From Pseudomonadota bacterium (GTDB lineage Bacteria; Pseudomonadota; Gammaproteobacteria; Pseudomonadales; Pseudohongiellaceae), in assembly GCA_027623555.1 (NCBI GenBank), contig JAQBSZ010000003.1, forward strand, positions 115,082 through 179,081: DNA of 64,000 nucleotides. The letters are read 5' to 3'. Every line of letters starts with the position of its first letter. Positions within the stretch are counted from its first letter, which is position 1. A model generated the notes under the pieces. It was not told where the DNA came from. It searched no databases and saw only the letters and a list, made by a program, of their open reading frames with translations. Position numbers and translations under genes: made by a program. Shown here piece after piece: positions 20,401 through 29,602 of the stretch.

Positions 20401-20458
20401 TATAACTTAACAACTTGGCGACGGGATTGGCTTAAGTTGTTAAGTTATGAGTGTCCCC
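20401..20458. repeat. palindromic element related to the 52738/54455 repeats (left outer arm missing or degenerate)
   Basis: ATAACTTAACAACTT (20402-20416) pairs perfectly with AAGTTGTTAAGTTAT (20434-20448). The right half TTAAGTTGTTA...GTGTCCCCTG shares both conserved blocks with the right arm of copy B (54508-54536). Confidence 0.7.
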
Positions 20459-20767
20459 TGTTGTTGAGGAATTTTTACCGTATGATTTCTCTTGCAACAC
20501 CGGCCGGACATCGGTTGCAGATATGGCTCTGTCTCTCAGCTCAGTGAGTTCACTGTGCCTGCCATCGGCACGATACGGTGCAAAGGACTCGGCACTGGCA
20601 AATTCCAGCAGGTGAACCTCTTCACCTGAACCGTCTGCGTTTCTTGAGATTTCCATGGCCTGGGCAATCAGGCCGGAGTACTCTGCCATGATCGCGGCGG
20701 CTTGCTGTTCGATCTCTTGAAGCGCTGCAAAGTCTTTTACCTGTAACACCACCAGCAGCTTATACAA
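20432..20767 (-). CDS. small protein of unknown function (possible DUF1330-like dimeric alpha/beta barrel)
   Basis: 111 aa with a TTG start. KLLVVLQVKDFAALQE...EVHLLEFASAESFAPYR resembles ferredoxin-like stress-type folds. The last 9 codons and the stop lie inside the palindromic repeat. Confidence 0.4.
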   Translation of the reverse strand: MYKLLVVLQVKDFAALQEIEQQAAAIMAEYSGLIAQAMEISRNADGSGEEVHLLEFASAESFAPYRADGRHSELTELRDRAISATDVRPVLQEKSYGKNSSTTGDTHNLTT

Positions 20768-20787
20768 CCTGCAACTCCGGTCTTAAT

Positions 20788-23496
20788 TCAGACTACGTTT
20801 CTAAGCACATTCAACGGGCTGATACTGACCACTTTGCGCGTCGAATTGATGCCGAGCCCGGCGATGATCACCATTCCCAGCAGGGGGCCGGCAATCCACA
20901 CCCAGTAGTGGAAAGAGAATTCCTGTTCAAACACCTGCTCCTGCAGGTAGTAGAGACTGAATTCGGCACCGATGGTGGCAATCAAGCCGGCCACAATACC
21001 GATGGAAGCAAACTCGATGAGCAGGCTGGTGAGTATCAACTTTCTTCCGGCACCCAGGGTCCTGAGTATGGCATTTTCATGAAAACGCTCATCGAGTGTT
21101 GCGTTAACGCAGGACAATAGGACCAGCGCGCCACAGACCAACACCAGGATCGAGATCAATTCTATGGCTGAAGTAACCTGGGCAATGATGGTCTGAATCT
21201 GTTCAATCAGTGCATCAATCTCTATAACGACTACTGTTGGGAACAGTCGAATCAGATCGTTCAACAGGATCTTCTGCTCGCGTTCCATCAGGGCGGTGGA
21301 TAAGAAGGTAGCGCCGAGATGGTCAATCGTTCCGGGTGAGAAGATGATGAAAAAATTCGGCTGCATATTATCCCAACGCACACTGCGAAAACTGCTGACC
21401 TTGGCAGTAATGACCTGCTGGTTGACTTCGAATTCGACCTGGTCGCCCAGCTCCAGGTCTAACCAGTCGGCGTATTCCTGTTCGATTGAGACATAGCCAG
21501 CCTCGGCATCGGCATCCCACCAGCTTCCGCGGGTAATCAGATTGTCGCTGGGTAGCTCTTCGGCCCAGGTAACCTGGCGTCGGCTCAGGCGACCACGGAC
21601 ACGGGTGCCCCCGGTAGCGGCTTGCTGCGAGTTCTGTTCGGGCGCTGCATCACTCTGGGGGTTGGCAAGCGCGGCGGCGGCTTCCTCATCCAGTTCAACA
21701 TCTTCCAGAGAAGCCCCTTCGGTAATGGTTCCACCACCATTCTCGTCCTCGCGGTCATCCTGTGGATCGGGAAGATCACCATTAACCCGGGTGACCCGGG
21801 CGCTGATCAGGGGATAAAAGGCGTTACTCTCGATGCCATTGGCCGCGAAGAAATCCTCCATGCCTGCAATCTGGTTGGCCGTGATATTCATCATGAAATG
21901 ATTCGGCGTGTTCTGGGGAAGCTGTGCCTGCCATTCGTCAATAAGATCGGTTCTCAGCAGTGTCAGAATCAGCAGCGACATGATCGTCACAGAAAACACC
22001 ATCACCTGTAGCACATTCTGCTTGCGTCGCCGCCGTGCGGCCGTCATGGCCAGCAACCAGGCACTGCCGGCTTTCATGCCGACCGATCCACTGGAACGCA
22101 GGAACAAATAGGAAACAATCGACAGGAATACTGCGATTGCGGTGACGGCGATTACCAGTACCGACGTCAGCACAAAGTCCTGACTATACCAATACACCAG
22201 GAATATAGTGCCAAGTATCCCAAATACGTAGGGGACATTTGCGCCTATTTTCTGTTGGCTCATATCCTTGCGCAGTACTCGCAGCGGCGGAGTCTCTCGC
22301 AGTGCCATCAGCGGAGGTAATGCAAACGACAGCAGACAAATAAATGCTGTCAAAGATCCAATGACATACGGCTGATATCCAGCGGGCGGCAGCTGAACCG
22401 ACAGGATCGATTGCAACATCTGTAGAATGCCCTGGTGAACCAGATAACCGAGCAGACTGCCCACTACTACAGCGATGCCAGCAAGCACCAGTTGAATCGC
22501 AAGATAGATAATAGATATCTGTGTGGAGGTACATCCCAGTGTTTTCAGGATCGCGACGTAGTCGTAGTGCCGCTCGGCGTAGCGCTTCGCTGTCAAGGCA
22601 ATGGCGACTCCGGCCAGCACCACCGCAAACAGAGACCCTAATAACAGGAAGCTCTCTGCCCGGTTCAGCGCTTCGGCGACTTCCTCACTCTCATCCCTGA
22701 CATCGCGAATAAAATAGCGACCGCGCCATTCTTCGTGCTCCCTGAACCAGACTTCGAAGTCATCGAGACGCTCCAGCTCGTCGTGGGCAAACAGATAACG
22801 ATAACTGACGCGACTGCCAAGCTGCACAACGTTGGTTTGGGCGACATCGTCCATGTGCAACATCAGGCGTGGGCCCGCGTTGTCCACCATGCCGCCACCG
22901 GAACGATCCGGCTCGGTGATTATGATCTTTCCTACCCTGAGTTCTGCTTCGCCGACAAAGACGGAGTCTCCTACTTCAAGACCGAGTGCGGGTAAGGCAC
23001 GGGATTCAAGCCATACCTCGCCCGGTGGAGGGCCATTCTGAACAGGGGTGCCGCGAGTGAAAGGTGCATCGGCGATGATGACATCGCCCCGCAGCGGGTA
23101 GGAGTCGCTTACCGCCTTCGCCGCCACCAACAGGTTGCCAGAGCCTGAGAAAGCCATCGAAGTAAAGGACAAGGTTTCGGCGGTACGCAGCCCCCGGGCC
23201 TGGCCTTCCACCAGCACTTCGGTTGGCAATGTGCCCCGGCCACTGACGATACGGTCGGCGGCCAGCATATTCGCCGACTCCAGCAACAGGGCTTTCTCCA
23301 GGCGATCCGTGAACAGGGCAATCCCTGTCACCGAGGTTACCGCCATCACCAGCGCCATGAACAGCAAGCGTAATTCACCGCCCTGCCAGTCACGCCACAG
23401 CAAACGCATGGCCAGCCCAAGTAAGTTGCCGATGGGTTTGCTGTCGATCAGTTTTGTAGACACTGTCTCAGGCACGCAAGGCTTCCTCGTTTTCAT
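20788..23496 (-). CDS. ybbP: FtsX-like ABC transporter permease (YbbP family)
   Basis: About 900 aa with two FtsX-type 4-TM modules (..ILKTLGCTSTQI.. and ..ILRTLGAGRKLI..). It lies immediately downstream of the ABC ATPase. An alternative start at ATG 23409 (MRLLWRDWQGG) would remove the 29-nt overlap. Confidence 0.8.
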   Translation of the reverse strand: MKTRKPCVPETVSTKLIDSKPIGNLLGLAMRLLWRDWQGGELRLLFMALVMAVTSVTGIALFTDRLEKALLLESANMLAADRIVSGRGTLPTEVLVEGQARGLRTAETLSFTSMAFSGSGNLLVAAKAVSDSYPLRGDVIIADAPFTRGTPVQNGPPPGEVWLESRALPALGLEVGDSVFVGEAELRVGKIIITEPDRSGGGMVDNAGPRLMLHMDDVAQTNVVQLGSRVSYRYLFAHDELERLDDFEVWFREHEEWRGRYFIRDVRDESEEVAEALNRAESFLLLGSLFAVVLAGVAIALTAKRYAERHYDYVAILKTLGCTSTQISIIYLAIQLVLAGIAVVVGSLLGYLVHQGILQMLQSILSVQLPPAGYQPYVIGSLTAFICLLSFALPPLMALRETPPLRVLRKDMSQQKIGANVPYVFGILGTIFLVYWYSQDFVLTSVLVIAVTAIAVFLSIVSYLFLRSSGSVGMKAGSAWLLAMTAARRRRKQNVLQVMVFSVTIMSLLILTLLRTDLIDEWQAQLPQNTPNHFMMNITANQIAGMEDFFAANGIESNAFYPLISARVTRVNGDLPDPQDDREDENGGGTITEGASLEDVELDEEAAAALANPQSDAAPEQNSQQAATGGTRVRGRLSRRQVTWAEELPSDNLITRGSWWDADAEAGYVSIEQEYADWLDLELGDQVEFEVNQQVITAKVSSFRSVRWDNMQPNFFIIFSPGTIDHLGATFLSTALMEREQKILLNDLIRLFPTVVVIEIDALIEQIQTIIAQVTSAIELISILVLVCGALVLLSCVNATLDERFHENAILRTLGAGRKLILTSLLIEFASIGIVAGLIATIGAEFSLYYLQEQVFEQEFSFHYWVWIAGPLLGMVIIAGLGINSTRKVVSISPLNVLRNVV

Positions 23497-24184
23497 CGCT
23501 GTTATTGGTGCTCTGGTTTACAACATCGCTATCGATCGATCCGGCTACCAGTCTCACAATTCGGTCACAGCGTCGTGCGAGTCGCTCATCGTGAGTCACC
23601 AGAATCAGGGTTGTTGCAAACTCGCGATTCAAATCGAATAAAAGGTCGACAACCTTTCGACCGGTCGCGGTATCGAGGTTGCCGGTAGGTTCATCCGCGA
23701 ACAAAATCCGCGCGTTAGTAGCGAAGGCTCGGGCAATGGCGACACGTTGCTGCTCTCCGCCAGAAAGCTGATTCGGATAGTGATGCCAGCGTTCATCAAG
23801 CCCAACCCGTTCGAGTAATTGTTTCGCCTTGCTCCGTGCTTCCGCATCGCCTTTCAGCTCAATGGGTAACATGACATTTTCCAGCGCGGTCAGGCTGGGC
23901 AACAACTGGAAAGACTGGAAGACAAAACCTACCAGCTGGCCCCGCAAGATCGCCCGTTGTTCTTCATCCAGTTCCGCCAGGTTATGTCCGTCCAGGATAA
24001 CGTCCCCTGATGACACGCTATCCAGACCGGCCATTAATCCCAGCAGCGTGGATTTACCGGAACCCGAGGCCCCGACAATAGCCACGGCTTCTCCAGGTTC
24101 GATCCGCAGGCTCACACCCTTGAGAATCGTCAGCACACCTTCACTGGTGTTAACAGCCTTGACAAGATTCTTGGTTTCAATCAT
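23468..24184 (-). CDS. ybbA: ABC transporter ATP-binding protein (YbbA/LolD-like)
   Basis: Walker A GASGSGKST, signature LSGGEQQRVAIARA, Walker B ILFADEPTGNLD. The start is taken at ATG 24184 (MIETKNLVKAV). Confidence 0.85.
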   Translation of the reverse strand: MIETKNLVKAVNTSEGVLTILKGVSLRIEPGEAVAIVGASGSGKSTLLGLMAGLDSVSSGDVILDGHNLAELDEEQRAILRGQLVGFVFQSFQLLPSLTALENVMLPIELKGDAEARSKAKQLLERVGLDERWHHYPNQLSGGEQQRVAIARAFATNARILFADEPTGNLDTATGRKVVDLLFDLNREFATTLILVTHDERLARRCDRIVRLVAGSIDSDVVNQSTNNSDENEEALRA

Positions 24185-24355
24185 TCGTGGAACCTCTGCG
24201 TATTCCGGACAAAAAACAGCCCGCATTATAGTCGAAATAACGACCGAAAGTTTGTGCTGAAGCAATTTGCTAGAATAGGGTATGTCCTTAAATTAATACG
24301 TTTATTCACCACTTACGGTTTAACATATTCCCTCATTGACGATACGATCGATACG

Positions 24356-24988
24356 ATGAAATCCCTTTTAATCAGACTAGTAGCCTGTTTACTGCTCGTT
24401 CAAACCCTGCCCACAAGCGGGGTGGAAGAACCTCGTTATACCCTGATAGTGTTCGGAGACAGCCTGAGTGCGGCTTACGGAATTGACGAAGATTCCGGCT
24501 GGGTAACCCTGTTAGAAACCAGAATTCAGGAAGAGAATTGGCCCTACCGGGTTATCAACGGCAGCATAAGTGGTGAGACAACAACCGGTGGATTGGCGCG
24601 CCTGCCGTCCATGCTGGACAGCTACCAGCCGGATCTGGTGATTCTCGAATTGGGGGGAAATGACGGGTTGCGGGGATTGCCGCTGGCGACCCTCAAACAA
24701 AACCTGCTGAAAATGATCGATTTGATAGAAGCCGCCGGCGGTGACGTTCTCCTAACCGGCATTCAGATTCCGCCAAACTATGGTCCGCGATATACGGTGC
24801 CATTCTTTCGACTCTATGGTGAAATTGCCGAGGAACGTGGATTGTCCATGGTGCCCTTTCTAATCGAAGGCATCCCGCAACAGCCCCATTTAATGCAGAA
24901 CGACGGCATCCATCCGAAAGCGGAAGCGCAGCACCTGATAGTGGAAAATGTCTGGCCCCTGTTGGAACCGATGATGAGGTTGGACTAA
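24356..24988 (+). CDS. tesA: SGNH/GDSL arylesterase / acyl-CoA thioesterase I
   Basis: Signal peptide then LIVFGDSLSAAYG (GDSL block I), ELGGNDG, and DGIHP (block V). Divergent from ybbA-ybbP, as in E. coli. Confidence 0.85.
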   Translation: MKSLLIRLVACLLLVQTLPTSGVEEPRYTLIVFGDSLSAAYGIDEDSGWVTLLETRIQEENWPYRVINGSISGETTTGGLARLPSMLDSYQPDLVILELGGNDGLRGLPLATLKQNLLKMIDLIEAAGGDVLLTGIQIPPNYGPRYTVPFFRLYGEIAEERGLSMVPFLIEGIPQQPHLMQNDGIHPKAEAQHLIVENVWPLLEPMMRLD

Positions 24989-24994
24989 GCAGCT

Positions 24995-25405
24995 TTAGGC
25001 AGTTAAGGGCAGTTGAATATTGTCGACACTGTCCAGGTCAAAGCCTTTTTGCTGATACCAGCGGCGTAATGCATCGACCTCGCCCCTGGCTTCACCATAG
25101 ATTGAGGTAACGCGTTCATCTTTACAGAAGCGGATAACTTCATCCAGAAGTGCTGACCCGACACCCTTGTTTCGATACTGATGAGAGACTTCGATGATCT
25201 TCAGGCAGTAGCTAACACCAGGCATATCCTCACTTGATTCTTCAAGGTAGCGATTGGCGCGTTGATGAAAATTTTTGCTACGGGAACTCAATTGCGCAAA
25301 TGCAATTGCATTGGGGCCATTATAAGCCTGGAAAAACAATCGCGATGACAAACCCCTGGGCGTGATCACCTTGATATCGGGAAGTTCGCACTGCAGTAAA
25401 TTCAT
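24995..25405 (-). CDS. GNAT-family N-acetyltransferase
   Basis: YRNKGVGSALL acetyl-CoA motif; 136 aa. Confidence 0.7.
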   Translation of the reverse strand: MNLLQCELPDIKVITPRGLSSRLFFQAYNGPNAIAFAQLSSRSKNFHQRANRYLEESSEDMPGVSYCLKIIEVSHQYRNKGVGSALLDEVIRFCKDERVTSIYGEARGEVDALRRWYQQKGFDLDSVDNIQLPLTA

Positions 25406-25726
25406 TTTCTAGCAATCCTTGATTCTTATACTGGATGTGCCAAGTCTCACTCTTGCGATGGGTTTCCTCATTGACGCCCCCATTCTATGGACCTGACTCA
25501 CAAAAAACGTGATATCGATCACAGCTATGACTGTGGCCCCAAGAGTGCAGTGTCACAGCGAATCAGTGTTGCCGTTCTCCGGAAGCGTGCGTCTCCAGGG
25601 GCTTTCGAGGATCTAATGAGAGATTCGAAAGGAGAGATCGGAGCGGATTATTGCTTGTGCAGCAGCTGGCCTGGTGGCGAATGCTGCATGCAGTCTTGAA
25701 GTGTAATTTGCCAGAAGTGAGAACTT

Positions 25727-26491
25727 TTAGCCCAAACGCTGCTTGCAGTTGAGGTAGAGCATGTAGGCGCCCCACGCCAGGGCAATTAATAAGACACCTG
25801 CCCCTATTATGTCTACAATGCTGGCGATCCGAATATCGTACTGCAACCACCCGCGAGGCCGCAAAAGATTTGCCCAGTCATGCATGCCCGGCGAATCGGC
25901 GCCGGTCCCACCACCCAATAGCGGTAGGCGCAGTGCTCTGGCATCGGCTATATAAGGGGCGACATCCATCAGGCTCTGCCCCGACCACCACAAGCAAATC
26001 GACGCCGCGAAACCGTCCCGGTTCTTGATAAGAAAGGCGAGCATGAGGATGAGTGGCACTAGCACCTGAAACAAACTGCCACCGAGAATCATCAGTGTGC
26101 GCCCGAGGGGCTGGAAGATTACGTGGCCCGCCTCATGAAAAATGAGGTCCACATTGTGAAACCAGGAACGGCCGATTTCATTGGATTGAAAATCCATCAG
26201 CACGAAGCTGAATCCCCAAGCAGCGAATACTATCCAGATAAGCAGGCAGGCAAGCAATTTTGCGTTACCGAGGCCTGGCCGGGGACTGAGCAAGAATTGC
26301 CGGAATAAGCCCGATGAGGCATTGCTTGCTGGAACAAAGCCAGGCGCAGAGCCCAGTCCCTGCTCTTCGACAATATTACTCAGCCATTTGCTGAAGATGA
26401 GCCCACAACCCGGGCACTCATCAACGGAACAGGTGTCGGCGGGTTGCCTCTGGTAGCTGCACTTGGGGCAGGTCGAATACATGGTCACCAA
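25727..26491 (-). CDS. zinc-ribbon plus multi-TM protein with HEAGH motif (putative membrane metalloprotease-like)
   Basis: N-terminal CPKCSY...CPGCG zinc ribbon, 4-5 TM helices, and FHEAGHVIF (HExxH) at the start of a TM segment. Confidence 0.5.
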   Translation of the reverse strand: MVTMYSTCPKCSYQRQPADTCSVDECPGCGLIFSKWLSNIVEEQGLGSAPGFVPASNASSGLFRQFLLSPRPGLGNAKLLACLLIWIVFAAWGFSFVLMDFQSNEIGRSWFHNVDLIFHEAGHVIFQPLGRTLMILGGSLFQVLVPLILMLAFLIKNRDGFAASICLWWSGQSLMDVAPYIADARALRLPLLGGGTGADSPGMHDWANLLRPRGWLQYDIRIASIVDIIGAGVLLIALAWGAYMLYLNCKQRLG

Positions 26492-26553
26492 GTTTAGTAG
26501 TACGCCGAAGAATTACCAACAGCAAAGGGGAAGCGACGGGTGACGGAGTTTGC

Positions 26554-27387
26554 TTACTCGAATTGATTGAGACGGCGAGTTTCGGCACGATCGCCGCCGG
26601 TACCGATGGAACGTCCCCGGCGAGGGGTGACGGATTGATTGCGACCGGAAAGTTCCTGTCGCGAATTGGCGCGGCGAGTATTCACATTGTTCAAGCGCCG
26701 GCTATTCGCATCATTGCTCACCTGCCGGTCCAACACAGCACTGCGATGGTCAAAATCCAGGCTCCGGGAAGCACTGATGCGACCATAGTCTCGGCGATCG
26801 CGTTTGCCGTTGGCATGCTGTTGCTGCCGACCAGGATGAGCATTTCCTTGACCTCTTAATGCGGGTGGAACTGCACGCCCCGAGACGATCGGGACATTGT
26901 AGTAATAAACCGGCGGGGGCTGTTCGAGGTGGTTCGTGTAATAAAACTCATCGCTCAGATTGCTATACAGGTTGCTGATGAAACCGAGGTCCTGGAACAA
27001 GCGCGGGTCGTGGTTGCTGCGGTTGGCACGCAGGAAGTCATCTTCCAGATTGTGGTAACGCCGGGAGATGTCTTTGAATTCTGAGCGGATATAGGAATTG
27101 CTGCGATTACGACGAATGGCGTTGACCAGTTTCGCTGCTTCCCGGGCGAGCCTTTCAGCACTGAGGCGCACATTGCCATAGCCATTGGTATAGCGAAGCT
27201 GATGGGCGAGTTGACTACTAAGCTGATTGAGTTGGGCGGCGATACGGGCGAGTTCGAATTCGGTTGCAGAGCCAGCCATTGGTGCCAGGCAAACCACTGC
27301 AAGCACGGCTGAGAGCAGATGCCTGATCACGCTGGCCTTGAACAGGCTGACATCTTCTGTTGATCTGGTGTGTGTCATAACAATCAC
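26554..27387 (-). CDS. exported protein of unknown function with Arg/Asn-rich disordered C-terminus
   Basis: 277 aa with a signal-like hydrophobic segment, a helical N-half, and a low-complexity basic C-half. No recognisable motif. Confidence 0.4.
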   Translation of the reverse strand: MIVMTHTRSTEDVSLFKASVIRHLLSAVLAVVCLAPMAGSATEFELARIAAQLNQLSSQLAHQLRYTNGYGNVRLSAERLAREAAKLVNAIRRNRSNSYIRSEFKDISRRYHNLEDDFLRANRSNHDPRLFQDLGFISNLYSNLSDEFYYTNHLEQPPPVYYYNVPIVSGRAVPPALRGQGNAHPGRQQQHANGKRDRRDYGRISASRSLDFDHRSAVLDRQVSNDANSRRLNNVNTRRANSRQELSGRNQSVTPRRGRSIGTGGDRAETRRLNQFE

Positions 27388-27472
27388 CTCGATTCTCAGT
27401 CTACCAGTTGAATACTCATTTTAAGAGTACTTAATGAATCCTGACTTAATGAACCTTCGATCAGCCGGTGAA

Positions 27473-28228
27473 TCAATAATAATGGGTTTCGCTTGCGGCC
27501 CCCGAGGTGATGGCCAGATACTGTGTAATTACCGCCTCAAGGCCCTGTAACAGGCTCTCAACTACCAGCGCATGACCAATGGATACTTCGAGAATTCCTG
27601 GAATTTCAAGGAATCGGCGCAGGTTTTCCAGATCGAGATCGTGTCCGGCATTTACCCCGATGCCGAGCTGGATCGCAGCAGCAGCAGCAGCGGCATACTG
27701 CTCAAACACCTTCTGCTCGGAGCTGAGGCCAAAATGTGCGGCAAAATCCTCTGTGTATAGTTCAATTCTGTCCGCCCCCACTGCTGGGACCTGCTCCACC
27801 ATCGAAACTACGGGAGCCAGAAACAGGCTGCTACGGATGCCAGCGCCGCGCAGTTGCTTGAGTCGTTGCTTCAGCAAGTCCTGGTGGACAGCGACATCCC
27901 AGCCATGATCCGAAGTTAGCTGACCAGGGGCATCCGGAACCAGCGTACACTGGTCAGGCGCTGCCTTCAGTACCAATTCCATGAACTGATCAGAAGGATA
28001 GCCTTCGATATTAAATTCAACATCTGGGTAAAGTTTAAGGAAATCGCTGATGTCGCTGACATCTTTGCGGGTTATATGCCGTTCATCGGGACGGGGATGA
28101 ACAGTAATGCCCTTCACATCCAGATTCACGACATGTTCGACAAATTCCACCACATTGGGATAGTCCCTTCCCCGCGAATTCCGCAGCAAGGCAATCTTGT
28201 TCACATTCACACTCAGTACGGTCATCAA
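27473..28228 (-). CDS. pdxJ: pyridoxine 5'-phosphate synthase
   Basis: LSVNVNKIALLRNSRG..., ITVHPRPDERHI, NIEGYP, VSIGHAL. Classic PdxJ. Confidence 0.9.
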   Translation of the reverse strand: MMTVLSVNVNKIALLRNSRGRDYPNVVEFVEHVVNLDVKGITVHPRPDERHITRKDVSDISDFLKLYPDVEFNIEGYPSDQFMELVLKAAPDQCTLVPDAPGQLTSDHGWDVAVHQDLLKQRLKQLRGAGIRSSLFLAPVVSMVEQVPAVGADRIELYTEDFAAHFGLSSEQKVFEQYAAAAAAAIQLGIGVNAGHDLDLENLRRFLEIPGILEVSIGHALVVESLLQGLEAVITQYLAITSGAASETHYY

Positions 28229-28253
28229 AGTTTCCCAATTAATATCCTAACCA

Positions 28254-29027
28254 TCAGAGCAAGAAATCCAGGGCGATTTTCTGAAAAGCCTGGGGCTTTT
28301 CTGCATGCAGCCAATGTCCCGCCTGCATAATAGTCTTTACCTTTGCATTTGGAAAAAGTTCCAGGATCGCTGCGTCGTTTCTGGCCTGGATGTAAGCCGA
28401 ATCAGCCCCTTTCACGAACAATACCGGCTTGTTGTAAGACGAAGTAGCCGAAGGGCGCTGTCGCAGCTCATCGTAATTGTTCTGGATTGCCCTCAGGTTT
28501 AGCCGCCAGGCGTAGCGTCCGGATTCTTCGCGCACCAGGTTGGTCAGAATAAACTTGCGCGTCGGCTCATCCTGGATGAATTCGGTCAGTTCAGACTCCG
28601 CGTCTGCGCGGCTTTTTATTACCGCAAAATCAAGGGCGCGCATCCCGTCCAGCACATCCCCATGCCCGGCGCCACTGGCCGGATAAGTCACCGGCGCAAT
28701 ATCTACTATAATCAACTTATCGACAAGGTCGGGAAAATTCAGCGCCAGCTGCATGGCGACTTTCCCACCCATTGAATGGCCGATGAAATAAGCCGAATCG
28801 ATGACCAGGGTAGCCAGGAGCTGCCTGATATCCTGGGCCATCGCCGGGTAGTCCATCTCTTCGCTATGGGCAGATTCACCATGGTTACGCAGGTCTGCCC
28901 CAATGACAGCAAATTTGTCGGCGAATTGCTTGCTGTGCCAGCCCCAATTACCGAGACTGCCGAACAAGCCATGCAGAATCAGCAGGGGCTTGCCGGATTT
29001 AGAGTACTGTTGATAGTTGAGTTGCAT
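28254..29027 (-). CDS. alpha/beta hydrolase (YbfF-like esterase)
   Basis: LLILHGLFGS, GHSMGGKV nucleophile elbow, C-terminal AGHWLHAEKP. Confidence 0.75.
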   Translation of the reverse strand: MQLNYQQYSKSGKPLLILHGLFGSLGNWGWHSKQFADKFAVIGADLRNHGESAHSEEMDYPAMAQDIRQLLATLVIDSAYFIGHSMGGKVAMQLALNFPDLVDKLIIVDIAPVTYPASGAGHGDVLDGMRALDFAVIKSRADAESELTEFIQDEPTRKFILTNLVREESGRYAWRLNLRAIQNNYDELRQRPSATSSYNKPVLFVKGADSAYIQARNDAAILELFPNAKVKTIMQAGHWLHAEKPQAFQKIALDFLL

Positions 29028-29038
29028 CGCGATTGGGT

Positions 29039-29512
29039 TCAGCTTAGGGATTGCAACAGATTCAACACGTCATCATGATGGGACTTCGTTTTAACCTTGT
29101 CCATGATATGCACCAGCTTACCCTGTTTATCGATAATAAACGTCGTCCTGAGGATGCCCATAAACTCCCGTCCCATAAATTTCTTGAGCCCCCACACCCG
29201 GTACTTGTCAGCCACGACATGGCCTTCATCAGACAGAAGATTGAAGTTGATTGATTCCTTATCGGTAAATTTTTTCAGGCGACTGACTGGATCGGGACTG
29301 ATACCCAGTGCAACCCCATCGAGTTTTGCCAGCGCTCTGGAGCTGTCTCTCAATCCACAGGCCTGAACTGTACATCCCGGCGTCATCGCCTTGGGATAGA
29401 AGTACAGTACGACATTCTGCTTGCCCTTGAAGTCTTTAAGACTCACTTTGTTTCCATTCTGATCCTGCAATGTGAAAGCAGGAGCCGGTTTACCGCACTC
29501 GATGGCCACCAT
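29039..29512 (-). CDS. bcp: thioredoxin-dependent thiol peroxidase
   Basis: From ATG 29512: MVAIECGKPAPAFTLQDQNG...YFYPKAMTPGCTVQAC. The ORF-track N-terminal extension is non-coding-like and would overlap the cobB upstream region. Confidence 0.85.
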   Translation of the reverse strand: MVAIECGKPAPAFTLQDQNGNKVSLKDFKGKQNVVLYFYPKAMTPGCTVQACGLRDSSRALAKLDGVALGISPDPVSRLKKFTDKESINFNLLSDEGHVVADKYRVWGLKKFMGREFMGILRTTFIIDKQGKLVHIMDKVKTKSHHDDVLNLLQSLS

Positions 29513-29602
29513 GAAATACCTTCCAATACTAGAATAATTAATGAAGTAGCATCGATTATACTGATTTAGTGAGTAAGTAATCATCATGCTAAGATTATTA
29601 CC

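Noticed and set aside
23468-23496. 29-nt overlap between ybbA and ybbP as a sign of translational coupling or frameshifting.
   Set aside because: An in-frame ATG at 23409 (MRLLWRDWQGG, matching the usual YbbP N-terminus) removes the overlap. The start choice is ambiguous rather than unusual.
25406-25726. 70-aa ORF 25487..25699 (+) or an ncRNA in the 320-bp gap upstream of the GNAT gene.
   Set aside because: The ORF has no RBS-like sequence and an odd composition. Only short (5-bp) inverted repeats are present. This is insufficient evidence for either call.
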